NCBI GenBank assembly: GCA_965220085.1
Contig: CBDCOZ010000003.1
Coordinates: forward strand, 160,001 to 224,000
Reading direction: 5' to 3'
Source: Candidatus Oxydemutatoraceae bacterium
Lineage (GTDB): Bacteria > Pseudomonadota > Gammaproteobacteria > Poriferisulfidales > Oxydemutatoraceae
DNA: 64,000 nt
Part shown: positions 50,856-61,129 of the stretch, in pieces
Numbering within the stretch: position 1 is the stretch's first letter
Layout of the letters: each line of letters begins with the position of its first letter
Notes under the pieces: generated by a model
Told to the model about the DNA's origin: nothing
The model's database searches: none
The model's input: the letters and a program-made list of their open reading frames with translations, nothing else
Translations under genes and position numbers: made by a program

Positions 50856-52226
50856 ATGACTCGTTCCATATCAGAATCCCAGTTGCAAGCAATAGCGGAG
50901 GCAGTGGCGGCACATCCGCAAGGCGCGGGTATCCGCAACATAGAAAGCGCCCTGCCGGAGCCTATTCCCCGCCGCACCCTTCAGTATCACTTGAACAGGC
51001 TGGCGGCAAGCGGGCGCATCGTCAAAAAGGGCAGCGGTCGCTGGACTCAATACCACTCGGTTTCATCCGCAACAACGGCACAGGGAACCACGTTGCCACT
51101 AACCGGTGCGGCATTGGAAGTGCGACAGTATGTGCGCCAGCCGCTGACAGCGCGCAAGCCTGTGGGCTACGAGCCTGCGTTTGCGGATAGCTACAAGCCA
51201 AACCGCAACGCCATGTTGGACGACCGGCAGCGGCAGCGTCTGACAATGGCCGGAACATTGCCATCGGGCACAACACCGGCGGGAACCTTCGTCAGGCAAA
51301 TACTAAACCGCCTGCTGGCAGATTTGTCGTGGAACTCCAGCCGTCTGGAGGGCAACACCTACTCCCTGTCGGAGACGCAACGGCTGATAGACTTCGGCGT
51401 TGCGGCGCAAGGCAAGACGCCGCTGGAAACGCAGATGATACGAAACCACAGGGACGCCGTGGCATTCCTTGTCGACGGAGCGGCGCATATCGGATTTAAC
51501 CGCCACACCATTCTCAACTTGCATGCGCTGCTGGCGGACAACCTGCTGGCAGACCCGCGGGCAGCGGGACGCCTGCGCTACATTCCGGTTGGCATCGCAA
51601 AATCGGTGTTCCATCCTTTGGAGAACCCGCAACGCATAGAGGACAGTTTTGCAAAGTTGCTGGCGACCGCCGCAGCGATTCAGAATCCGTTTGAGCAAGC
51701 GCTCTTTGTGCTGGCGCACATGCCCTACCTGCAACCCTTTGACGATGTGAACAAGCGCGTCTCGCGTCTGGCCGCGAACATTCCTCTGATAAAAGCGAAT
51801 CTGGCGCCGCTCTCGTTCGTTGATGTCCCCGCCGATATGTATACGGAAGCGATGCTTGGCGTCTATGAACTGCGCCGCGCGGAACTGCTCAGGGATGTTT
51901 TCGTCTATGCCTATGAACGCTCGGCGCAACGATACGCGGCAATCCGCCAGTCCCTTGGCGAACCCGACCCCTTCCGTTTGCAACACCGCGCCGCGCTCCA
52001 AGAGTTGGTGCAATCCGTCGTGCGGCAGAAACGGAGCAGGCAATCGGCATTGGCGCATATCGCCGCATACGCCGCACAGCATATCGCACCCGCCGCACAG
52101 GAGCGCTTCCGCCACACCGCCGAACAGGAACTGCTCAGCCTGCACGAAGGCAACTTTGCCCGCTATCGCATAACCCCGCCGCAATTCCAAACCTGGCAAC
52201 AAGTCTGGAACAGCCGCCCCGATTGA
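50856..52226 (+). CDS. Fic family protein with N-terminal HTH
   Basis: SWNSSRLEGNT, variant motif YLQPFDDVNKRVSR. Confidence 0.9.
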   Translation: MTRSISESQLQAIAEAVAAHPQGAGIRNIESALPEPIPRRTLQYHLNRLAASGRIVKKGSGRWTQYHSVSSATTAQGTTLPLTGAALEVRQYVRQPLTARKPVGYEPAFADSYKPNRNAMLDDRQRQRLTMAGTLPSGTTPAGTFVRQILNRLLADLSWNSSRLEGNTYSLSETQRLIDFGVAAQGKTPLETQMIRNHRDAVAFLVDGAAHIGFNRHTILNLHALLADNLLADPRAAGRLRYIPVGIAKSVFHPLENPQRIEDSFAKLLATAAAIQNPFEQALFVLAHMPYLQPFDDVNKRVSRLAANIPLIKANLAPLSFVDVPADMYTEAMLGVYELRRAELLRDVFVYAYERSAQRYAAIRQSLGEPDPFRLQHRAALQELVQSVVRQKRSRQSALAHIAAYAAQHIAPAAQERFRHTAEQELLSLHEGNFARYRITPPQFQTWQQVWNSRPD

Positions 52227-52367
52227 GATTCCGCGACCCCTGACACGAGAGTTTTGCCTGAGACGCAATGGGGCTAAAGATACGCAACACGATTGCGACA
52301 CAAATTGACAAGGCCGAAGGCAAGGAGCGGATGTGATTCAAGCATGCCCCTTCCCGACTTTACGGCC

Positions 52368-52637
52368 TCACCTGTTTTCCCGGGCTTCTTCCGCCGCTAT
52401 GCAGTCATGGTAATCCTTCAGAGCCGCGCGATATTCCTCTGCCGACCGGCGTTGCATTTTGCGCGCCTTTGCCATGCATTCCGCAGCCTTCATCCCCATC
52501 CCATCGGCGACCCCATCGGGGCAAACCTCATCGTATGCGTCAGCAAGCGTGATCTCTGATGGCAAATGGCAGTTGGCAACATAACCGACTGCGGGAACAA
52601 GCATAGCCATAAAAAATGTCAAAAGATATTTTTTCAT
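52368..52637 (-). CDS. Small secreted Cys-containing protein
   Basis: Signal peptide, RBS GAGGAG. Confidence 0.7.
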   Translation of the reverse strand: MKKYLLTFFMAMLVPAVGYVANCHLPSEITLADAYDEVCPDGVADGMGMKAAECMAKARKMQRRSAEEYRAALKDYHDCIAAEEARENR

Positions 52638-52724
52638 TGTCTCCTCTCCTGTTGTATTGACGGAGTCGCGGGCCGATTAACAAGGTGCCATGGTGCGAAG
52701 CATTATATTATCACCGGATACGAA

Positions 52725-52840
52725 TAATGCCGGAATCGCAAAACATGCTAAAACCACAGGACATGCTAAAATCACAGAACATGCTGGAATTGCAGAACAT
52801 GCTAAAATCGCAGAACATGCTAGAATTGCAGAACATACTA
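52725..52840 (+). repeat. About six degenerate 18-bp tandem repeats (RCAGAACATGCTARAATY)
   Basis: One frame reads IAKHAK/TTGHAK/ITEHAG/IAEHAK/IAEHAR within ORF 52690-52860. Confidence 0.85.
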
Positions 52841-52911
52841 TTGTGTCGCTCATCAGTTAGATATCGCGACCGTTTTTATAAGTATTATCATTTCTACCAA
52901 ATGGAAAGACA

Positions 52912-54738
52912 ATGCAATTGATTTCTCTTCTTTATTCTATTCTTTATTATTTTCTAATTTTTGCGCCGGTTGCGGCAGCTCTTCTTCTTTTCCTTTGGGT
53001 TGCTGAGAAGAAGCTAGGGATTAAAGGGCGCCTCATTGGCGGCAAAAGCAATGTGTTATGGCCATTAGTAGTAGTGGTGCTGGTTTTTGGTTTCATGGAT
53101 AAATACAGCGAGGAGGCAGGCGATTTTTTGGGCCAGATAACAAAAGTAGAATTCGGAAATCTAACACTTGAAGCGCAACAAGAAGTACCAGCAGAGGCAT
53201 TATTTCTTGTACCGCCAAAGGAGGCAGAATCGCAACAGTATCGCGAAGAATCACGGTGTCCACCGCCTACACTAACAGCGATAAACGGAGAATCTAATGA
53301 AGATAACCAGAATAGAATGGAGGCAAAAGCATCAGATAAAAAACTAGAAGGTAACAGAATTGGCGAGAAGGAAAAAGAATCTATACGGCTTCTTGCTAAT
53401 CAGGGAGATGCCGAAGCACAGCAGTCGCTCGGTGTGATGTACGTAGCAGGGCGAGGTGTTCCGCAAAACTACAAAGAGGCAGTGAAATGGTTTCGGCTTG
53501 CTGCTGATCAGGGGGATGCCGAAGCACAACACAATCTTGGTGTGATGTACATAGCAGGGTGGGGTGTTGAGAAAAATGATGAAGAGGCAGTGGAATGGTT
53601 TCGGCTTGCTGCTAATCAGGGGGATGCCGAAGCACAATTCAGCCTCGGTGTGATGTACGAGGATGGAATAGGTGTTGAGAAAAATGATGAAGAGGCAGTG
53701 AAATGGTTTCGGCTTGTTGCTAATCAGGGGGATGCCGAAGCACAATTCAGCCTCGGTGTGATGTACGCAGAAGGGCGAGGTGTTCCGCAAAACTACGAAG
53801 AGGCAGTGGAATGGTTTCGGCTTGCTGCTAAGCAGGGGTTTGCCGAAGCACAATACAATCTTGGTGTGATGTACGAGGATGGAATAGGTGTTGAGGAAAA
53901 TGATGAAGAGGCAGTGGAATGGTTTCGGCTTGCTGCTAAGCAGGGGTTTGCCGAAGCACAGCAGTCGCTCGGTGTGATATACGAGAAAGGAATAGGTATT
54001 TCGCAAAACTGCGAAGAAGCAGTGAAATGGTATCGGCTTGCTGCTAATCAGAAGTTAGCCGAAGCACAATACAATCTTGGTGTGATGTATGCAGAAGGGC
54101 GAGGTGTTCCGCAAAACCACGAAGAGGCAGTGGAATGGTATCGGCTTGCTGCTAAGCAGGGGATAGTTGAAGCACAATTCAGCCTCGGTTGGGTGTACGA
54201 GCATGGAGGAGGTGTTAAGAAAAATGATGAAGAGGCAGTGGAATGGTATCGGCTTGCTGCTAATCAGGGGGACGCCGAAGCACAATTCAGACTCGGTGTG
54301 ATGTACGCAAAAGGGCGAGGTGTTCCGCAAAGCTACGAAGAGGCAGTGAAATGGTATCGGCTCGCTGCTAATCAGGGGTTAGCCGAAGCACAATCCAATC
54401 TCGGTTGGATGTACGCAAAAGGGCGAGGTGTTCCGCAAAGCTACGAAGAGGCAGTGAAATGGTATCGGCTCGCTGCTAATCAGGGGCTAGCCGAAGCACA
54501 ATCCAATCTCGGTTGGGTGTACGCAAAAGGGCGAGGTGTTCCGCAAAACTACGAAGAGGCATATATATGGTTTTCTATTGCAACGGCTAACAGGCATGAA
54601 TATTCAGAATCTTCCCGAGATACTATTGCTAAGGAGTTGTCTGCAGAAGAATTGAAGGAATCGCAACGCAAAGCGCAAGAAAGACACCGGCTGTTGGTTG
54701 AAAAGAGACAAAGAGTCACAAGAAGAGTAAATGGCTAA
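52912..54738 (+). CDS. Membrane-anchored Sel1-repeat protein
   Basis: Two N-terminal TMs; about 11 36-aa repeats AEAQxxLGVMYxxGxGVxxNxEEAVxWxRLAAxQG. Confidence 0.95.
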   Translation: MQLISLLYSILYYFLIFAPVAAALLLFLWVAEKKLGIKGRLIGGKSNVLWPLVVVVLVFGFMDKYSEEAGDFLGQITKVEFGNLTLEAQQEVPAEALFLVPPKEAESQQYREESRCPPPTLTAINGESNEDNQNRMEAKASDKKLEGNRIGEKEKESIRLLANQGDAEAQQSLGVMYVAGRGVPQNYKEAVKWFRLAADQGDAEAQHNLGVMYIAGWGVEKNDEEAVEWFRLAANQGDAEAQFSLGVMYEDGIGVEKNDEEAVKWFRLVANQGDAEAQFSLGVMYAEGRGVPQNYEEAVEWFRLAAKQGFAEAQYNLGVMYEDGIGVEENDEEAVEWFRLAAKQGFAEAQQSLGVIYEKGIGISQNCEEAVKWYRLAANQKLAEAQYNLGVMYAEGRGVPQNHEEAVEWYRLAAKQGIVEAQFSLGWVYEHGGGVKKNDEEAVEWYRLAANQGDAEAQFRLGVMYAKGRGVPQSYEEAVKWYRLAANQGLAEAQSNLGWMYAKGRGVPQSYEEAVKWYRLAANQGLAEAQSNLGWVYAKGRGVPQNYEEAYIWFSIATANRHEYSESSRDTIAKELSAEELKESQRKAQERHRLLVEKRQRVTRRVNG

Positions 54739-54894
54739 AAGCTACGCCAGATTATTTTCGATTGGAACCATCGCCTAATTTGCTTGGCAATTGTAATTGG
54801 CGCCACATAACTTAATGAGTCACCACATAAAATATTTTGCGTCATTTCCGAAACTTATTGTATAATTTTATTTCAGTATCTTAGGAGGTAAGTT

Positions 54895-55224
54895 ATGAAG
54901 CACTTAATATTTTTTATCGTATTGTTAATTTTTCCATTGCCGTATGTATTCGCTGGAGACCTTAGCGGAAGTGCTGATACTAGTATAAAGATTGATGCTG
55001 GATCTGCAAAGGATTCAATAAAGAAAGGTTCAATAAAGGAAAAGGATTTCCTCTCCCGGGGCTTTTCTGAACACGTAAAATCGCTGAGGAGGGGGTCTGC
55101 AAATGGCCGACGACAAAACAAGCTCTTCTCCTCAGACCTTTCTACATACGTAAGCCCGCCGTGGTTTGCATACCAATCGCGAAATTCGCTGCCCCCTTCG
55201 AGTTTTGCACCTAAGGAGAAATAA
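54895..55224 (+). CDS. Secreted hypothetical protein
   Basis: Strong RBS AGGAGG; signal peptide. Confidence 0.65.
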   Translation: MKHLIFFIVLLIFPLPYVFAGDLSGSADTSIKIDAGSAKDSIKKGSIKEKDFLSRGFSEHVKSLRRGSANGRRQNKLFSSDLSTYVSPPWFAYQSRNSLPPSSFAPKEK

Positions 55225-55287
55225 GGCGGCAGAAAAAAGTGTAGCAGTGATTGCAAACTTCAACGATTTTAAAGTGGAGCAAGTGGT

Positions 55288-56034
55288 ATGATAGTTCGGA
55301 GAAATGTGATGTCCACATCTGCCGCCGATGATTTGACCGCCTACGCGGATGCGGTCTTCAAGATGAAAAGTCTGCCCGCTTCAAATCCGATGAGTTGGAC
55401 GGCGCAGGCCGAGATTCACAGAGACTATTGCCCGCACAGAAACGCCTATTTCCTGCCTTGGCACCGTGCCTATCTTCATTACTTTGAGGAGATTTGCCGG
55501 GCCCAGTCGGGTAAGGCTGATTTCGCCCTTCCCTACTGGAACTGGACAAATTATCCACATGTTCCGTCCGCTTTCTGGAAGGGCTCGCTCAACGACAATA
55601 CTCGTATCATCGGGAACAATCAGCTTCCCGATACTGTCGTCGGTGCCGACGCAATCAATAACATTTTGGCAATCAAAGACTTTGAAGAATTTGGGAGTTT
55701 CTATGTCAAAGGATGTCCGAAGGGGACAGCGTGCCAGCGCAAGCACGCGGGGATGGGCACCCTTGAAGGGGAGCCGCACAACAGAGTTCACAATGACATT
55801 GGTGGCAACATGGCGACTGGTATGTCGCCGCTTGATCCGATCTTCTGGATGCATCACAGCAACATTGACCGGTTGTGGGTGGAGTGGAACAAGACTAACC
55901 CCAACGGCGATGATGATGAGTGGAAAAACTTCGTTCTCAGTAGCTTCACCGACAGCAACGGTCAAACTCAGAACCCGACAGTTGCGAGCACTTTTGATAC
56001 TGAAGCGCTCGGCTATCGCTACGACACCCAATAG
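55288..56034 (+). CDS. Tyrosinase/catechol oxidase (type-3 copper)
   Basis: CuA H...CPH..AYFLPWHR; CuB HNRVH...SPLDPIFWMHHSNIDR. Confidence 0.93.
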   Translation: MIVRRNVMSTSAADDLTAYADAVFKMKSLPASNPMSWTAQAEIHRDYCPHRNAYFLPWHRAYLHYFEEICRAQSGKADFALPYWNWTNYPHVPSAFWKGSLNDNTRIIGNNQLPDTVVGADAINNILAIKDFEEFGSFYVKGCPKGTACQRKHAGMGTLEGEPHNRVHNDIGGNMATGMSPLDPIFWMHHSNIDRLWVEWNKTNPNGDDDEWKNFVLSSFTDSNGQTQNPTVASTFDTEALGYRYDTQ

Positions 56035-56106
56035 AAAGCATCAAGATCTTTGTGAAATCAAATATCAAAGAAAGTTAAAAAACGAGTTGAAGAGTTATTG
56101 TGTGTT

Positions 56107-56683
56107 TGATGCCAAGACATATTGGACACATGGGAAAATGTTGTGTGATTCGTGTCATGGGTGTTTGAAGATCCGGTTGTGGTCCCTTAGCGGTGTTTTG
56201 GTGTGAAACCATAACAGATAATTTATCCGACGATTATTGAATGTCCGCATGTTGGTCATCAGCGGGCCTATTCAAGTTCCACAACCCCTTCCCGGATAGC
56301 GCGGCGAAAGCGGTCATTGAATCTCGGCGACTGCCCCGGCGACCAACTACGTCGTCGTTGTCGGCGTGGGACAGCGCTACGACTGGTTCAGCCGTTCGTG
56401 TCATTGCGCTGATATTTTCGTCACGTCGCATACCGTGATGAGCGGCTGACATGGTAAGCATCCATAGCGGCTTTGATGCCGATGTGTTGCTATAGCCTGT
56501 CGGCTATGTTTTTTGCTGATGCCAGAAATCCAGAATATTTCTGGCATTATGCACTAATCAGAATAGATGCCGCGCGAGAATGGCTGAAAAGCATTTTGGC
56601 TAGAATTGCATGCAAACCCCTAAAATTATTGCGTGTCGTGTTGATGCCGGGAATCCGGAATGTTTCCGGCATTATGCACTTAG
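56107..56683 (+). mobile_element. MITE-like element with imperfect TIRs and a decayed IS1595-like N-terminal fragment; right end duplicated
   Basis: Left end TGATGCCAAGACATATTGGA; right ends TCCAGAATATTTCTGGCATTA (~56529-56549) and ~56654-56674; LFKFHNPFPDSAAKAVIESRR inside. Confidence 0.55.
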
Positions 56684-56774
56684 TGCGCCACCGGCGCGCG
56701 TTGCTTCGCGGCGCTCGATCTCGTCTATGCGCAGGGAGAGCAACTCGGCGCTTGTGTCGGTGTGTGCTTCGGTA

Positions 56775-57758
56775 TCAGTTTGAGTCAGAGCAATATCGGT
56801 TTAAGTTATCAATGAGATCTTGTGAAATGCCACCGGCTCTGTTATAGCTCTTATTATAGACATCATAGGCTTGTCCTTGATGGTCTGTAACACCGCCGCT
56901 ATGAAAAGCTACAATTTCACGAACGGTGTAATTTCTATGGATTATAAGAGGACTGCCCGAAAGACCGTCTTGGGTTGGGCAATTATGATAAAGAGCAAGA
57001 GGGTTGCCTTGCTGACCATTTGTAATCTGACATCCCTGCATAAAATGAACCCTTTCGCTAGGGATATCATACCCTGCAAACAACATATCCTTATTAAAGT
57101 CATAATCTTTTGCAAAGGGAACAAGTCTCGCTATCTTTTTAGGAGCAGGCCTTTTTTTGCCTTGTATAGGCAGAACAATATAGTCCAAATGTCTTTGGCG
57201 TCCCGTGAACTCTCTTGCGCCAAGCAGCCCTTGTTTTTCCATTTTAGAAATGGCATTCAGGTCTAACTCATAACAGGGCCCATTAAGACAAAACTTGGCG
57301 CTTTTCGCAACCATCTCCCCCGTTTTGCGATTAAACAAATTATGGGCATTTGTAAAAATAAGATCGTTTGCGGCGCAGTGTTCTGTTCTTACAATAAAAC
57401 CCGTCCCGCCATGCCTCCTTCCGTCTTTTTTTCGCGTTTCTACCAAACCGACAAATTCATCTAAAAAATTAGCATTGTCCGGGCTTGCTTTGTAGTGCTC
57501 CAAAGCGTCCTCAAAGCTACAGCCTGCCGGAGGTTCTCCTTCGCCTCCGCAAAAGTGCCAGCCTTTTGATGTGCCGGACAGCGCTTCCAGAAGACTAATC
57601 CCCCCATGTTCCATAACAAAGTTTGAGGCCTCTTTTGCAAAGTGTTTTACAGAATACATAAAGCGAAAGTCACAGTCTTCTGCCTTAATACAGTTCTCTG
57701 CATCCGCCCACAATGGCGACACCCCCAGCAAAAGCAGAAACAAAAGCAGTTTTTTCAT
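56775..57758 (-). CDS. Secreted trypsin-like serine protease, paralog 4 (long form)
   Basis: TNAH, LDY, CPTQDGLSGSP; RBS AGGAG. Confidence 0.85.
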   Translation of the reverse strand: MKKLLLFLLLLGVSPLWADAENCIKAEDCDFRFMYSVKHFAKEASNFVMEHGGISLLEALSGTSKGWHFCGGEGEPPAGCSFEDALEHYKASPDNANFLDEFVGLVETRKKDGRRHGGTGFIVRTEHCAANDLIFTNAHNLFNRKTGEMVAKSAKFCLNGPCYELDLNAISKMEKQGLLGAREFTGRQRHLDYIVLPIQGKKRPAPKKIARLVPFAKDYDFNKDMLFAGYDIPSERVHFMQGCQITNGQQGNPLALYHNCPTQDGLSGSPLIIHRNYTVREIVAFHSGGVTDHQGQAYDVYNKSYNRAGGISQDLIDNLNRYCSDSN

Positions 57759-57969
57759 AGTCATCTCCTGGTTTGTTAGTGTGGCGGCCTGCGATGCCCG
57801 TGTCCCGCTCTCGGATGCATCATTTGCCACCTTCGTTGAAGGCGATTATAGATCATCCTCGCCGTCGCAGTCGCTCGGCGCGCCGCCGGTGCGCGTTGCT
57901 TCGCGGCGCTTGATCTCGTCTATGCGCTGGGAGATTAGCTCGGCGCTTGTGTCGGCGTGTGCTTCGGTA

Positions 57970-58953
57970 TCAGTTTGAGTCAGAGCAATATCGGTTTAAA
58001 TTATCAATGAGATCTTGTGAAATGCCAGCGGCCGAATTAAATCGATTATTACGCGGGTCATATGCTTGTCCATTATATTGGCGCTTGCTGCCAGTATGGA
58101 GAGCCACAATTTCAGCTTTATCGTTTATAAGAGGGCCGCCCGAAAAACCTTGTTCGCCCGGGCAATTATGAAAAAGAGTAAGAGGATAGCCATCCAGAGC
58201 ATGTGTAATCTTGCATCCCTGAACAAAACGAACCCTTTCCTTTTTGATATGATACCCTGCAAACAACATATCCTCCCGCGTGTCATCGAATTTTGAAAAG
58301 GCGCCAAGCCTTGCTGCCTCTTTAGGAGCGGGTCTTTTTTTGCCTTTGATAGGAAGAACAACATAGTCTAAATATCTGTATCTGGCGCCTTTTCCCGGAC
58401 GCTTTCTTGCGCCAAGCAACCCATGGTTTTCCATTTTAGAAATGGCATTCAGATCTAACTCATAACAGGCGCCATTAAGACAAAACTTTGCGCTTTTCGC
58501 CTTCCTCTTCCCATCAGTTTTCCAATTAAAAATTGCATGGGCATTCATAAAGACAAGATTGTTTCCGGCGCATCTTTCTGTTCTTACAATAAAACCCGTG
58601 CCAGAATGCTTCTTTCCGTCTTTGTGTCGTTTATCTACTGCCCCGACAAATTCCCTTAAAAAAGTAGCATTTTCCGGGCTGGCTTCGTAATGCTTCAAAG
58701 CATCCTCAAGGCTACAGCCCGCCGGAGGCTCTCCTTCGCCTCCGCAAAAGTGATTGCCTTTTGATGTGCCGGACAGCGTTTCCAGAAGACTAATCCCCCC
58801 ATGTTCCATAACAAAGTTTGAGGCCTCTTTTGCAGAGTGTTTTACAGAGCGCATAAAGCGAAAGTCACAGTCTTCTGCCTTAATACAGTTCTCTGCATCC
58901 GCCCACAACGGCGACACCCCCAGCAAAAGCAGAAACAAAAGCAGTTTTTTCAT
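57970..58953 (-). CDS. Secreted trypsin-like serine protease, paralog 5 (long form)
   Basis: MNAH, LDY, GFSGGP. Confidence 0.85.
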   Translation of the reverse strand: MKKLLLFLLLLGVSPLWADAENCIKAEDCDFRFMRSVKHSAKEASNFVMEHGGISLLETLSGTSKGNHFCGGEGEPPAGCSLEDALKHYEASPENATFLREFVGAVDKRHKDGKKHSGTGFIVRTERCAGNNLVFMNAHAIFNWKTDGKRKAKSAKFCLNGACYELDLNAISKMENHGLLGARKRPGKGARYRYLDYVVLPIKGKKRPAPKEAARLGAFSKFDDTREDMLFAGYHIKKERVRFVQGCKITHALDGYPLTLFHNCPGEQGFSGGPLINDKAEIVALHTGSKRQYNGQAYDPRNNRFNSAAGISQDLIDNLNRYCSDSN

Positions 58954-59164
58954 AGTCATCTCCTGGTTTGTTAGTGCGGCGGCCTGCGATGCATGTGTCC
59001 CGCTCTCGGATGCATCATTTGCCACCTCCGTTGAAGGCGATTATAGATCATCCTCGCCGTCGCAGTCGCTCGGCGCGCCACCGGCGCGCGTTGCTTCGCG
59101 GCGCTTGATTTCGTCTGTGCATCGGGAGATTAGCTCGGCGCTTGTGTCGGCGTGTGCTTCGGTA

Positions 59165-59986
59165 TCAGTTTGAGTCAGAGCAATATCGATTTAAATTATC
59201 AATGAACTCTTGTGAAATGCCGCCTCCCGAATTAAAGCTGCTTTTACGAGGGTCATAGGGCTTCCCAGATATATCACTGTCACCGGCATGAAAAGCCACA
59301 ACTTCACGTGCAGTGTTTACAAGAGGCCCGCCTGAAAACCCCCCTGTGCCTGGGCAATTATGAAAAAGAGTAAGGGGGTGCTCGATAGTGTCATGTGTAA
59401 TCTTACATCCCTCGACAAAACGAACCCTCTCCTCTTCGGTATGATATCCTGCAAACAGCATAGGCTCACGAAGGTCACGATTTTTTGCATAGGCGCCGAG
59501 TCTCGCTGCCTCTTTGGGAGCAGGTCTTTTGCCTTTGATAGGAAGAATAATATAGTCTAAATGTCTTTCTCTGTATGTGAACTTTCTTGCGCCAAGCAGC
59601 CCATGTTTTTCCATTTTAGAAATGGCATTAAGATCTAACTCATAACAGGGCCCATTAAGACAAAACTTTGAACTTCTTGCAACCATCTTCCCCGTTTTAA
59701 TGTCAAAAAACGCATGAGCATTTGTAAGAATAAGATTGTTCCCAGTACATCTTTCTGTTCTTACAATAAAACCCGTGGAACTATAATTTTTTCCGTTTTT
59801 TTGTTGTACTTTTACTCGGCCTACAAATTCATCTAAAAAAGCAACATCTCTCGGGTTTGCTTCGTAATGCTTCAAAGCATCCTCCAGGCTGCAACCTGCC
59901 GGAGGCTCTCCTTCTCCACCGCAGAAGTGAGCAGCCCATGCCGGCGACACCCCCAGCAAAAGCAGGGTTAAAAGCAGTCTTTTCAT
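59165..59986 (-). CDS. Secreted trypsin-like serine protease, paralog 6 (short form)
   Basis: TNAH, LDY, GFSGGP. Confidence 0.85.
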   Translation of the reverse strand: MKRLLLTLLLLGVSPAWAAHFCGGEGEPPAGCSLEDALKHYEANPRDVAFLDEFVGRVKVQQKNGKNYSSTGFIVRTERCTGNNLILTNAHAFFDIKTGKMVARSSKFCLNGPCYELDLNAISKMEKHGLLGARKFTYRERHLDYIILPIKGKRPAPKEAARLGAYAKNRDLREPMLFAGYHTEEERVRFVEGCKITHDTIEHPLTLFHNCPGTGGFSGGPLVNTAREVVAFHAGDSDISGKPYDPRKSSFNSGGGISQEFIDNLNRYCSDSN

Positions 59987-60197
59987 AGTCATCTCATGGT
60001 TTGTTAGTGTGGCGGCCTGCGATGCATGTGTCCCGCTCTCGGATGCATCATTTGCCACCTCCGTTGAAGGCGATTATAGATCATCCTCGGCGGCGCAGGC
60101 GCTCGGTGCGCCGCCGGTGCGCGTTGCTTCGCGGCGCTCGATCTCGTCTATGCGCAGGGAGAGCAACTCGGCGCTTGTGTCGGCGTGTGCTTCGGTA

Positions 60198-61028
60198 TCA
60201 GTTTGAGTCAGAGCAATATCGATTTAAGTTGTCAATGAGTTTTTGTGAAATACCGCCCCCCAGATTATAGTTGCCTCCTCGAGGGTTATAGGGTTGTCCA
60301 TTTCCCTCCTTTGCGCCGGAAGCATGAATAGCCACAACTTCGCCCCGAGAGTTTACAAGAGGACCGCCTGAAAAACCATCTATGCCTGGGCAATTATGAA
60401 AAAGATTAAGGGGTGCCCCTTTAGTGTCATGTGCAATCTTACATCCTTCAACAAAGCGAACCCTTTTCTTTTTGATATGATACCCTGCGAACAACATAGG
60501 CTTATTAAGGTCACGCTCTTTTACATAGGCGCCAAGCCTCGCTGCCTCTTTGGGAACAGGCCTTTTTTTGCCTTTGAGGGGCAGAACAATATAGTCTAAA
60601 TATCTTTCTCCCCGTGTGAACTTTCTTGCGCCAAGCAGCCCATGTTTTTCCATTTTAGAAATGGCATTGAGATCAAACTCATAACATTTTCCATTAAGAC
60701 AAAACTCTGAACTTTTTGCCAGACGCTCCCCCGTTTTGCGGTCAAAAAAAGCATGGGCATTTGTAAGAATAAGATTGTTTTTGTTGCAGTCTTCTGTTCT
60801 TACAATAGAACCCGTGGTGCTATAATTTTTTCCGTCTTTCTTTCGTGTGTCCACTTCACCAACAAATTCACTTAAAAAATTAGCATCTCTCGTGTTTGCT
60901 TCGTAATGCTTCAAAGCATCCTCAAGGCTGCAACCCGCCGGAGGCTCTCCTTCGCCTCCGCAAAAGTGATTAGCCGACAGCAATGGCGACACCGACAGCA
61001 AAAGCAAGGTTAAAAGCAGTCTTTTCAC
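60198..61028 (-). CDS. Secreted trypsin-like serine protease, paralog 7 (short form)
   Basis: TNAH, LDY, GFSGGP; GTG start. Confidence 0.85.
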   Translation of the reverse strand: MKRLLLTLLLLSVSPLLSANHFCGGEGEPPAGCSLEDALKHYEANTRDANFLSEFVGEVDTRKKDGKNYSTTGSIVRTEDCNKNNLILTNAHAFFDRKTGERLAKSSEFCLNGKCYEFDLNAISKMEKHGLLGARKFTRGERYLDYIVLPLKGKKRPVPKEAARLGAYVKERDLNKPMLFAGYHIKKKRVRFVEGCKIAHDTKGAPLNLFHNCPGIDGFSGGPLVNSRGEVVAIHASGAKEGNGQPYNPRGGNYNLGGGISQKLIDNLNRYCSDSN

Positions 61029-61129
61029 AGAAATAATTCTCAGCTTTGTTAGTTATTTGCCAGTTCTGGCCGCTGGCATTACAGATTTGCAACTATAGAA
61101 CAGGCAAGGTTTGCCTGTCAAGCAGGCGT

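Noticed and set aside
56684-61028. Diversity-generating retroelement behind protease or pilin variation
   Set aside because: No reverse transcriptase in the window; differences are spread along the genes and not visibly restricted to adenines
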